This document shows positions 47,458 to 56,240 of a DNA stretch of 64,000 nucleotides, in pieces. The notes under the pieces are model-generated. The model was given only the letters and a program-made list of their open reading frames with translations, searched no databases and was not told the DNA's origin. Position numbers and translations under genes: made by a program. The stretch comes from Fibrobacteria bacterium. GTDB lineage: Bacteria > Fibrobacterota > Fibrobacteria > UBA11236. Location: contig JAYTHY010000042.1 of NCBI GenBank assembly GCA_043732185.1, positions 32,624-96,623 of the forward strand, written 5' to 3'. Each line of letters starts with the position of its first letter. The first letter of the stretch is position 1.

Positions 47458-47506
47458 TAAGCATACCAGCCCAAGAACTGGTCACCTTAAACCCCAGGAG
47501 AATCCG

Positions 47507-49432
47507 ATGCGCCAACCCTTTAAGTACACGCTGTCCGCCTTAACCTTAAGCCTGATTTGCGCCGCCTGTTCCATAAAGAAATCCGAAGTAGGTTCCCAAG
47601 CCCAAGTCCCAGAGGAATCGACCTTGGCCAAAGAAGCGGAAGCAAATGATGTCGAACGCTTCAATATGACTCTAGATGACAAATCGAATCGAGGTATAAC
47701 CACAATTTCTGGTCAAGTCAGTGCGCCCATAAGGAGTAAATTAACGGACCGTCTCTATCCTCAAACCCTGGCCTCGGTTTCCCCAGAGAAAAAAGCGGAA
47801 GCTCAGGCTAATGTCTATAAATACAAAGAGGGTTCCGCAGCTGGGGCAAAACCCGCCGCCAAAGTTTCGACCCTGTGCGCCGCGCCTTCACCCGAGGCGA
47901 ATCGTCCATACCGGGCCTTGAGCCGTGAGAATCGCACGATGGATAAGATGTACCGGGCCGAATACGATGGTGCTGAAGAATATGCGTCCCTTTATGAAAA
48001 CTCGTTCATGGATGCCCGCACCAGTCCGCTCTCCACTTTTTCCATTGATGTGGATGGCGCTTCATACTCCAACACGCGGCGCTTTCTGCAAGAAGGCCAG
48101 TTGCCCCCCACCGATGCCGTGCGCATCGAGGAGTTCATCAATTATTTCAGTTACGATTACCCCCAGCCCACCGGATCGGATCCCTTTTCGATCATCACGG
48201 AGGTGGCGACTACGCCTTGGAATCCCGAAACCAAACTTGTGCATATTGGTTTACAGGGCCGCCGCACGGACTCCGAAAAACTACCACCAAGCAATCTGGT
48301 ATTTCTCATTGATGTTTCCGGCTCCATGTCATCGGAAGACAAATTGCCCCTGCTCAAAAACGGATTCGACATGCTTATCGATCAAATGCGCCCTCAGGAC
48401 AAGGTTTCCATCGTCGTTTATGCAGGGGCTGCTGGCATGGTATTGCCCCCAACTTCCGGCAACGACAAAGAAACCATTCGTGAAGCACTCTCCCGCTTGA
48501 GCGCGGGCGGATCGACAGCCGGAGGCGCCGGGTTGATGTTGGCCTATCAAGCGGCCCAACAGAGCTTCATCCGGGGCGGGAGCAATCGTGTGATATTAGC
48601 CACCGACGGCGACTTCAACGTGGGCGTTTCCAGCGACCAGGAACTGATTCGGCTAATTGAGGAAAAGCGCAAAAGCGGAGTATTCCTTTCCGTGCTTGGT
48701 TTCGGTACCGGCAATATCAAGGACGCCAAGATGGAACAGCTTGCGGACAAGGGCAATGGCAATTACTTCTATATCGACAATATCAATGAGGCCAGAAAAG
48801 TGCTTGTGGAAAAAATGGCCGGCACGCTTTTCACCATTGCCAAGGATGTGAAACTGCAAATTGAATTCAATCCCGCCCAAGTCAAATCCTATCGGTTGAT
48901 CGGCTATGAAAACCGGGTGCTGGCGGCGGAAGATTTCAATAACGACAAAAAGGATGCCGGAGAATTAGGTTCAGGCAGTAATGTCACTGCGCTTTATGAA
49001 ATCATCACCGTACATCCATCCCGGCCAAGTGTGGACCCACTCAAATATCAGAAAGATGGCTCGCATCATGGCTGGAACTGGGGATTTGGCGGCACTGATG
49101 AAAGTGGCGAATTGCTGACGGTAAAATTCCGCTACAAGCAGCCTACCGGCTCAACCAGTAAATTGCTGACTCGTACGCTTTGCGACAAGTCCGTCGCCTG
49201 GCAGGACGCTTCTCAGAATTTCCGTTTCTCAGCAGCCGCAGCCGGTTTTGGCTTGGTCCTGCGCGGTTCCCAGTATCGCGGAAACCTGGATTTGGATAAA
49301 GTCGCGAGTATGGCGCGGGGCGCTCGGGGACGCGATATCGATGGTCATCGAGCCGAGTTTTTGAATCTGGTGGAAACTGCCAAGTCGCTGGGCGGGTATA
49401 GCCGCATGGATTCCAGACAGGACCAGGAGTAA
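47507..49432 (+). CDS. YfbK-like von Willebrand factor A lipoprotein
   Basis: Lipobox CAAC, PLSTFSIDVD.ASY, VRIEEFINYF, MIDAS motif DVSGSM, ATDGDFNVG, IAKDVKLQIEFNP, DAGELGSG. Confidence 0.9.
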   Translation: MRQPFKYTLSALTLSLICAACSIKKSEVGSQAQVPEESTLAKEAEANDVERFNMTLDDKSNRGITTISGQVSAPIRSKLTDRLYPQTLASVSPEKKAEAQANVYKYKEGSAAGAKPAAKVSTLCAAPSPEANRPYRALSRENRTMDKMYRAEYDGAEEYASLYENSFMDARTSPLSTFSIDVDGASYSNTRRFLQEGQLPPTDAVRIEEFINYFSYDYPQPTGSDPFSIITEVATTPWNPETKLVHIGLQGRRTDSEKLPPSNLVFLIDVSGSMSSEDKLPLLKNGFDMLIDQMRPQDKVSIVVYAGAAGMVLPPTSGNDKETIREALSRLSAGGSTAGGAGLMLAYQAAQQSFIRGGSNRVILATDGDFNVGVSSDQELIRLIEEKRKSGVFLSVLGFGTGNIKDAKMEQLADKGNGNYFYIDNINEARKVLVEKMAGTLFTIAKDVKLQIEFNPAQVKSYRLIGYENRVLAAEDFNNDKKDAGELGSGSNVTALYEIITVHPSRPSVDPLKYQKDGSHHGWNWGFGGTDESGELLTVKFRYKQPTGSTSKLLTRTLCDKSVAWQDASQNFRFSAAAAGFGLVLRGSQYRGNLDLDKVASMARGARGRDIDGHRAEFLNLVETAKSLGGYSRMDSRQDQE

Positions 49433-49450
49433 CCTTCAAGGTACATAAAG

Positions 49451-49478
49451 GACTTCGGGCTTACCAAAGTCCGAAGTC
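49451..49478 (+). terminator. stem-loop downstream of the vWA gene
   Basis: GACTTCGGGCTT-acca-AAGTCCGAAGTC, a 12-bp stem with one G-U pair. Confidence 0.55.
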
Positions 49479-49495
49479 TCGATTATTTTAGAGAT

Positions 49496-50038
49496 ATGTT
49501 GCACTATTTTAATTTACCAGGCTATGGCGGGTCCGGTCCCAAGCATTGGCAAACCCTGTGGGAAAAAATGGACCCGACTTTCGAACGCGTGGAACAGCAA
49601 AACTGGAAACACCCTGTGTGCTCGGAATGGGTGGCAACCTTGGATGCAAAAGTCACTGCGTCCGCTGGTCCAATTATTCTGGTGGCCCACAGCCTGGCTT
49701 GCCTGCTCGTGGCCCACTGGGCGGTAGCGGCATCACCCGGGAACGTGGCGAAGGTGACAGGCGCGTTCCTGGTCGGCTTTCCGGATACGGGAAGCGCGGT
49801 TTTTCCAGAGGCCGCATTAGATTTCGCTCCGCTGCCGCTTAACCCGCTTCCTTTCCCCAGCCTTATTGTAGCTAGTACCGATGACCCTTATGGCACTCCC
49901 GAATTCGCGAGGCAATGTGCTCGGGCCTTTGGCTGTGGAATCGTTATACTAGGCGCCCGGGGCCATATTAACGGGGATAGCGGTTTGGGCACTTGGGAAG
50001 AGGGCAGAAAGTTATTGGATGCCTTTACGCTCTTTTAG
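49496..50038 (+). CDS. RBBP9/YdeN-family alpha/beta hydrolase
   Basis: PGYGGSGPKHWQTLWE, VAHSLAC, ASTDDPY, GHINGDSGLGTW. Confidence 0.9.
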   Translation: MLHYFNLPGYGGSGPKHWQTLWEKMDPTFERVEQQNWKHPVCSEWVATLDAKVTASAGPIILVAHSLACLLVAHWAVAASPGNVAKVTGAFLVGFPDTGSAVFPEAALDFAPLPLNPLPFPSLIVASTDDPYGTPEFARQCARAFGCGIVILGARGHINGDSGLGTWEEGRKLLDAFTLF

Positions 50039-50098
50039 AATGCCTTTACACTCCTATAGTTTGAGAGAACCGGGCATAGGCACTATATTTAGCCCATT

Positions 50099-50175
50099 GG
50101 TCGTTTAGCTCAGTTGGTTAGAGTACATCGTTCACATCGATGGGGTCGAAGGTTCAAATCCTTCAACGACCACCA
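50099..50175 (+). tRNA. tRNA-Val(CAC)
   Basis: Acceptor stem GGTCGTT/AACGACC, anticodon arm CATCG-TTCACAT-CGATG, T-loop GTTCAAATC, encoded CCA. Confidence 0.95.
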
Positions 50176-50217
50176 AATCCCCTCACATACATCTCGAGCG
50201 CCCCTTTTTATCCCGCA

Positions 50218-50233
50218 TGTGATATACATCACT
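50218..50233. promoter_or_regulatory. CRP box 1
   Basis: TGTGA-tataca-TCACT. Confidence 0.75.
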
Positions 50234-50260
50234 GCATAACGACTCCTTTTTGCTTCTCCC

Positions 50261-50276
50261 TGTGATGTGCCTCACT
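50261..50276. promoter_or_regulatory. CRP box 2
   Basis: TGTGA-tgtgcc-TCACT. Confidence 0.75.
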
Positions 50277-50374
50277 GAATCCAATTGGTTTGCATGCTAG
50301 TTTATTCTTCAGTCATCGGATAAAATCAAATCCGGTAGTATAGACAACCTTAAATTGAACGCAGGAGAATAATC

Positions 50375-51151
50375 ATGATTCAGTCTAACCCCACCACTAC
50401 TTCCACCAGTACTTTCAATACCACCACCGTCGCCTCCGCCGCGGATTCTTCCTTGGAGCGCAAACTTACAATCTTGCGTCGCGCGGATTTGTTTTCTGCT
50501 TTGGCGGATCCGGTGCTCCGTCGATTGGCCGGAACCTTGACGGAAAGAGCGTATACTGGCGGGGCGACAATCATGCGGGCGGAGGAGCCCGGAAATGGAC
50601 ATTTTTACATCGTGGCAGAAGGCGAAGTGGCCGTGGTGCTGCAAACAGCGGATGGAAAGGAAACAGTATTAGCAACGTTACTGCCTGGTGAATTCTTTGG
50701 TGAAATGTCCATTCTGGATGAAGCGCCCAGAGCGGCGACAGCCAGAGCCGTCAAGGCTGCACGGGTTATGGTATTGCGCCGGGAGGATTTCAAACGGTAC
50801 TTGCATGAATGTCCAGACCTGGCCTATGCACTGCTTACGGAAATGAATAGACGCTTGCGCCAAAGCAATCGTAAGGTGGCGGGTCTTTCCTATCAATCCA
50901 TGCAAGCTCGGGTGGCTGCAATGCTGATGCGTCTGACCGAGGACCGGGGCGTTCGTCAAAAGGAGGCTGGCTTAATTCGTGTACTGATCCGCAACCGACC
51001 CACGCAGCAGTTTTTAGCGGAAATGGCTGGCACGACACGAGAATCGGTATCGCGCACTTTGGCCGCATGGGGCCGTCAAGGCTTGGTGCGAGCCCGGGGA
51101 CGCGATTTGTTCATTTTGGAAGAAGAACAAATCAAGGCGATGGCGAGCTAG
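50375..51151 (+). CDS. Crp/Fnr-family (CRP-like, cNMP-binding) transcriptional regulator
   Basis: FFGEMSILDEAPRAATA cNMP cassette; HTH TQQFLAEMAGTTRESVSR. Confidence 0.92.
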   Translation: MIQSNPTTTSTSTFNTTTVASAADSSLERKLTILRRADLFSALADPVLRRLAGTLTERAYTGGATIMRAEEPGNGHFYIVAEGEVAVVLQTADGKETVLATLLPGEFFGEMSILDEAPRAATARAVKAARVMVLRREDFKRYLHECPDLAYALLTEMNRRLRQSNRKVAGLSYQSMQARVAAMLMRLTEDRGVRQKEAGLIRVLIRNRPTQQFLAEMAGTTRESVSRTLAAWGRQGLVRARGRDLFILEEEQIKAMAS

Positions 51152-51185
51152 CTTGCCACAAAGTCAAAGTCAAAGGAACACGCCG

Positions 51186-52574
51186 TCACTCACAGCGGAA
51201 TTTAGAGCTGCCCTCGGGAATCTCTTCGGGGTACTTTCCGTCAAAACACGCGGAGCAATAGTTTCCAGATCCGCCCGGTGCTACGCCAAGTAGCCCTTTG
51301 ATACTTAAGTATTCCAAGCTGTCCGCGCCCAGTAACTTACGGGTTTCCTCTTGGGTCAAATTGCTGGCGATGAGTTCGGTTTTGGAGGGAAAATCCATCC
51401 CGTAAAAGCAAGGGTTGCGCACTGGAGGCGAACTGATACGGATATGCACTTCCTTGGCACCGGCATCGCGCAGCATTTTAGTCAGGAATTTAAGCGTTGT
51501 ACCCCGGACAATGGAGTCATCCACCATGACCACCCGTTTGCCCTTGAGCACGCCGACAATAGTATTGAACTTGAGCCGAACCTTTTGCTCGCGCACATTC
51601 TGGGACGGATCGATAAACGTACGGCCAACATAATGATTGCGCAGCAATCCGATGTCAAAGGAAATGCCCGCTTCTTGCGCATAGCCAAGCGCGGCGGTAT
51701 TGCTGGAGTCGGGAACGGAAATGACCACATCCGCTTTAACGGGATGTTCTTTGGCAAGCGCCTTGCCGATGCGTCGACGAATTTTATCGCAACTTTCTTC
51801 AAAGATGCGCGAGTCCGGACGGGCGAAGTAGACGAATTCAAAAATGCAGTGGGCCCGATGGGGCTTGGTAGTAAAGGTTACCGACTCAATGCCATTGTTG
51901 TTGATGGCGCACAATTCACCGGGTTTGATGTCGCGTACATAGCTGGCGCCGAGCAAATCCAGGGCACAGGTTTCTGATGCAACTACCCAGGCTTTGTCCA
52001 ATCGGCCCAGGCATAATGGCCGGATACCGAAGCCGTCGCGCGCCACGTACATTTCATTCTTGGTCAAAAAAACCAGGCAGAAGGATCCGGTGAGCTGCGC
52101 CAAGGTTTCCGAAATGGCGTCGATCAACGCAACTTGTTTGGATCGGGCAATTAAATGGAGAATGATTTCTGTGTCCGATGTGCTTTGGAAAATATGGCCG
52201 TCTTCTTCCATAAGTTTTCGGATATCGGGGGCGTTGACGATATTGCCATTGTGGGCCACGGCAATGGGGCCCCGTTTGGTGGACACCAGCATGGGCTGGG
52301 CATTGCTTAAGTTGGAGTTGCCGGAGGTTGAATACCGCACATGGCCGATGGAAGCGGTGCCGAGCATGGAGGCAATTTCTTTTTCCTCCCGATTGAGCTC
52401 GGTGACGAGACCCATGCGTTTCAAGAGGTGGATACTCTCACCATTGGCGGTAGCCACGCCAACGCTTTCTTGGCCGCGATGTTGAAGGGAATAAAGACCC
52501 ATGACTACGCGTCGGGTCACCTCGGGTCCATCGAAAACCCCCATGATTCCACATTCATCGTTTATCCGCTCCAA
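51186..52574 (-). CDS. purF: amidophosphoribosyltransferase
   Basis: DECGI, LQHRGQES, GHVRYST, HNGN, CIFEFVYFARPDS, VDDSIVRGTT, PCFYGMD. Confidence 0.96.
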   Translation of the reverse strand: MERINDECGIMGVFDGPEVTRRVVMGLYSLQHRGQESVGVATANGESIHLLKRMGLVTELNREEKEIASMLGTASIGHVRYSTSGNSNLSNAQPMLVSTKRGPIAVAHNGNIVNAPDIRKLMEEDGHIFQSTSDTEIILHLIARSKQVALIDAISETLAQLTGSFCLVFLTKNEMYVARDGFGIRPLCLGRLDKAWVVASETCALDLLGASYVRDIKPGELCAINNNGIESVTFTTKPHRAHCIFEFVYFARPDSRIFEESCDKIRRRIGKALAKEHPVKADVVISVPDSSNTAALGYAQEAGISFDIGLLRNHYVGRTFIDPSQNVREQKVRLKFNTIVGVLKGKRVVMVDDSIVRGTTLKFLTKMLRDAGAKEVHIRISSPPVRNPCFYGMDFPSKTELIASNLTQEETRKLLGADSLEYLSIKGLLGVAPGGSGNYCSACFDGKYPEEIPEGSSKFRCE

Positions 52575-52740
52575 AAGGCCGCCTCGGTTGATGGGACCGG
52601 AAATATAGAACTTGAGGGCCGGTTCTATGCAGATTAGGGCTCTTATAGGCCGCGGTAAATTAACCCTAAAATGTCGATTTTGAACGATTGAGCTAGAAAC
52701 GGGCCTCGCCCTCCCTTTATACTGTCGGTAAGGTAAAAGT

Positions 52741-53712
52741 ATGCTGTCGCAAAGTTCATTTTCAGAAATTGGCCGAATCGTTGCCGTTGGCGATTTGCAC
52801 GGGAATTATGGCGGATTTCGAAAAATCCTACTCGAAACCGGGCTCATTGATAGACGCGGGCATTGGAAGACCAAGGACACCCATCTGGTACAGCTCGGAG
52901 ACATTCTCGGCCGAGGTGGAGAGCCTGGTAAAATTTTCAAACTGCTGCGCCGATTGGAAGTTGAAGCTCCCGGATACAATTCTCGCGTGCACGTGCTATT
53001 GGGAAATCACGAGGCCATGTCGATGAGCGGGCTGCTCATCTATAATACATTGGAAGAGTTTCAGGATTTGGCGGAACAGGAATTTACGGATCCCTTGGAG
53101 ACCCTCAATGGCGGTTCCAATGGACGCGATGCTGTAGGCCCGGTGCGGACCCAAACCATTCCATCACACGATTGGTCCCCAGTGGCCGATGCCAAAAGAG
53201 ACAAGCGCATGGACATGCTCGGGTGCCGGGAGTTTCGAGCCAGTCTTTCGCCGGGGGGCAAAGTAGGCAAATGGCTGGCAACGCATGATTCGGCGGTGAT
53301 TCTCAACGGATCCCTTTTTGTACATGGCGGCCTGAACCAAGCGCATGGCTGCCAGCCTTTAGACGATCTCAATAGGCAGGTGCGCCTAGAGTTGACCCGT
53401 TTTCTGCCCCCGGATGCGGGAAAGGATCTGACGCACAAGAAAGATGGACCGCAGTGGAACCGTGAATTCACCTTGCGCCCTAGTGAAAAAAAAGGCCGGG
53501 AACTGGATCAAGTATTGGATTACCATCACTGCCAACGCATGGTAGTTGGGCACACGCCAACCTCATGCATTAAACCGTCTCAAGGTGGCCGGATTGTCCC
53601 GCTGTATGATGAAAAGTTACTGTGCATCGATACGGGAATAGGAAAATCCTATGGCGAAAATTTAAGCGCGCTGACCATTGAAAACGGTAGTGTATCGCCC
53701 CAGTATCTTTGA
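52741..53712 (+). CDS. calcineurin-like metallophosphoesterase (Shewanella-like phosphatase type)
   Basis: GDLHG, GDILGRG, LGNHE, FVHGG, VVGHTP, IDTG. Confidence 0.88.
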   Translation: MLSQSSFSEIGRIVAVGDLHGNYGGFRKILLETGLIDRRGHWKTKDTHLVQLGDILGRGGEPGKIFKLLRRLEVEAPGYNSRVHVLLGNHEAMSMSGLLIYNTLEEFQDLAEQEFTDPLETLNGGSNGRDAVGPVRTQTIPSHDWSPVADAKRDKRMDMLGCREFRASLSPGGKVGKWLATHDSAVILNGSLFVHGGLNQAHGCQPLDDLNRQVRLELTRFLPPDAGKDLTHKKDGPQWNREFTLRPSEKKGRELDQVLDYHHCQRMVVGHTPTSCIKPSQGGRIVPLYDEKLLCIDTGIGKSYGENLSALTIENGSVSPQYL

Positions 53713-53762
53713 ATAGCAGAGCCTTACTATATTTTAGCTAGCCTTCACGTGGAGAAAAAAAT

Positions 53763-54083
53763 ATGGTCGCGCCCAACAGTGAATTCGATGATAAAAATCC
53801 GCAAGCCATCAATATCGAATTGTCGGAGGCAGCGGCCGAAGGCATTTATTCCAACCTGGTGCTGGTCAGCCATTCCCCATCTGAATTTGTCATCGATTTT
53901 GCTCGACTACTACCCGGACCGCCCAAGGGCAAGGTGTTCGCCCGCATCATCATGACGCCGATCCATGCCAAATCCCTAATCGCAACGTTACAGGAAAACT
54001 TGGGACGCTATGAACGCAGCTTTGGCAATATCATCCCGCCGGCAGGCCCTGGATCTCAGCCTCCGGGCGAGTTCGATCTCTGA
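53763..54083 (+). CDS. DUF3467-family protein
   Basis: AEGIYSNL..VSHSPSEFVIDF..L.PG..K.KV.ARIIMTP.HAK. Confidence 0.8.
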   Translation: MVAPNSEFDDKNPQAINIELSEAAAEGIYSNLVLVSHSPSEFVIDFARLLPGPPKGKVFARIIMTPIHAKSLIATLQENLGRYERSFGNIIPPAGPGSQPPGEFDL

Positions 54084-54104
54084 TTGGGATAGGCGCGCTA
54101 TCCC

Positions 54105-54704
54105 ATGAAAGTTGTTTGTCTGGACATGGAAGGAGTTTTGACTCCGGAAATTTGGAAGCATGTCGCCAAGCGCGCGCAAATCCCAGGTTTAAACTTAACC
54201 ACCCAGGACGTCAAAGATTATCGTGAGCTTATGGACAGACGGGTTCAGATATGCCACGACAATAATGTGACGCTGGCGCACATTCAAGGATATATTGCGG
54301 AACTGGAAATCTACGAAGGAGCGCGGGAATTTTTGGACTGGGTACGCGAGCGCTATCAACTGGTTATCCTGTCAGACACCTTCGCCGAATTTGCCGAACA
54401 TTTCCTGAGGCTGTTGGGACGGCCCACTCTCTTTTGTCATAACATTGTTTTTAACGCTTCAGTGGGCCGATTGGAATATTCCCTTAGGCAGGAGAATGCC
54501 AAGGCGAAGGCTGTTCAAGCCATCCGTTCCTTAAACATGCGCACCCTTGCTGCTGGTGATTCTTACAATGACATTCACATGCTTAAAGAAGCGGACGTGG
54601 CCACCTTTTTCCGAGCGCCGGCGACTATCAATGAAGAATATCCCGATTACGGAAACTTGCAAACCTATGCCGAGCTTAAGGATTTTATTTTGAATGCGCT
54701 TTGA
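54105..54704 (+). CDS. thrH: phosphoserine phosphatase/homoserine phosphotransferase (HAD)
   Basis: CLDMEGVLTPEIW, VILSDTF, PTLFCH, AAGDSYND..ML. Confidence 0.88.
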   Translation: MKVVCLDMEGVLTPEIWKHVAKRAQIPGLNLTTQDVKDYRELMDRRVQICHDNNVTLAHIQGYIAELEIYEGAREFLDWVRERYQLVILSDTFAEFAEHFLRLLGRPTLFCHNIVFNASVGRLEYSLRQENAKAKAVQAIRSLNMRTLAAGDSYNDIHMLKEADVATFFRAPATINEEYPDYGNLQTYAELKDFILNAL

Positions 54705-54938
54705 GCGCTATTGAAGTGCTGCGTGCACCCACGGAGAAGATTCAGTTTTTTCCACAATGTAAGTTTTAACCCATTTGTATTCTTGTTCATTCAATATTAA
54801 ATAGACTGACATTATAAAATCTTGTTACCATCTTGCTCACAATTATTGTCTAAGATGATCTCTTTGGTCACCGGGACTAGATGAAACTGTTTTTCCAAAA
54901 CCGCAATCCGATTTCCATGAAAAGAAGGAAAGAATAAA

Positions 54939-56240
54939 ATGGCCAGATTAAAAATCACTGAAAGCCTAAAACCAAGTGAAATGAAATCGAAAAAACCAAA
55001 GCGGAATGGGCAGTATAGATTGGCCAGATTGGCCGTACTACCGTTGTGCATCTTTCTTTTTGCCAAACCCAGCAAAGCTGAAAATCCTAGTACCGATACA
55101 ACCATAAATGGAAGGCCGAGTTGTCCTGATGCCGAGTTCAATTTTCGGCGGATCACACCAAGAACATTCATTTTGAGTGTGAAGTCCATTCGGGAAAGCT
55201 TCTTCGAGATTGGATTCAATGAATTGGATTCTTCAAATGGTGATTCCGGAAAATCTTTCGCGAAATCATTTAGACAATGGGCAAGTCCTGCAGGCGAAAA
55301 AGTGGATGTTTTCTTTGAAGATCTTGCGCCGATTATTTCGCGCGGAGGTTATGTGAAAGTCCATTATCATTCCTTGCAATCAGATTGCGACAGTTCCGTC
55401 CATAAATTCAAGTTGGTCCGAGTCTTCGATGTCAATGTCCTCCAATTCGACGGTGGGCGCGTATACAGTTTAGAGCACGATGGCAGTTGGCATAATTCCG
55501 CTGAATACGGGATACGGGCCTCGTCACAGTGGAATAGCTGGATCGATGGTTTTGCGGATATCCGCTATGCGTCTCTGGGTAGAATCGACACTTCTGGCCA
55601 TGGCCTCGACTCATTGAATTCCTTAGTCAAAAATCAAGGGATGGGTACGCAACAATTTCAAAATCCATTTGATAGCAGAGGTGGCGTATTCAGAACTAAC
55701 CTGTCCTTGCAATTTCATATCCCTCGACCTGAACGTAGCTGGCCATCTAATTGGACACCTCTTGCGTCGCTATCGGTAATTTTAGGTGGCGGCGCGACGT
55801 CCAATCCTGGCGATGTGCTCAATCAACTGCACCCACGATATTTTATCGGGTTCGGAATGAACGTGGAGGACTACAGTATCGGAGGTGTCAGTGACAATGC
55901 GAGTACATCCGGATTTGTTCATTTTCTGCTTGTAAAAGACAAATTATGGCGATGGGATGAAACCCAGCCAAGCATAGACACCTCTTTACCGCCAACCGTC
56001 GTCCCAAAGCACGAATTCGGTCGATTCGTTGTGGAAGGCCAGCTGGAAATTCCCGGTTTGGGTGGCAAGAATATTAAGCCTGCCTTGGAAGGGTATATCG
56101 ATACTCCCATTTCTTCCGTAAACGTGTTCGACACCTTTTGGAAAGTCCACGATGGCGCCAACCCCGTTTCAGTTGTCAGCATCAGTGTTCTGTTGCACTT
56201 CGATCTGACAGCACTAAAGGCTATTGTCGGCAGGGAATGA
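54939..56240 (+). CDS. exported hypothetical protein, putative outer-membrane beta-rich protein (paralogue of the C-terminal half of the next gene)
   Basis: Signal peptide ending AKPSKA; amphipathic beta-strands. The start may be a downstream ATG (54981). Confidence 0.55.
   Translation: MARLKITESLKPSEMKSKKPKRNGQYRLARLAVLPLCIFLFAKPSKAENPSTDTTINGRPSCPDAEFNFRRITPRTFILSVKSIRESFFEIGFNELDSSNGDSGKSFAKSFRQWASPAGEKVDVFFEDLAPIISRGGYVKVHYHSLQSDCDSSVHKFKLVRVFDVNVLQFDGGRVYSLEHDGSWHNSAEYGIRASSQWNSWIDGFADIRYASLGRIDTSGHGLDSLNSLVKNQGMGTQQFQNPFDSRGGVFRTNLSLQFHIPRPERSWPSNWTPLASLSVILGGGATSNPGDVLNQLHPRYFIGFGMNVEDYSIGGVSDNASTSGFVHFLLVKDKLWRWDETQPSIDTSLPPTVVPKHEFGRFVVEGQLEIPGLGGKNIKPALEGYIDTPISSVNVFDTFWKVHDGANPVSVVSISVLLHFDLTALKAIVGRE

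Noticed and set aside
50019..50059. Imperfect 20-bp duplication of the hydrolase gene end near tRNA-Val, as a possible att site
   Set aside because: It does not match the tRNA 3' end and no integrase is nearby; probably a local slippage duplication.
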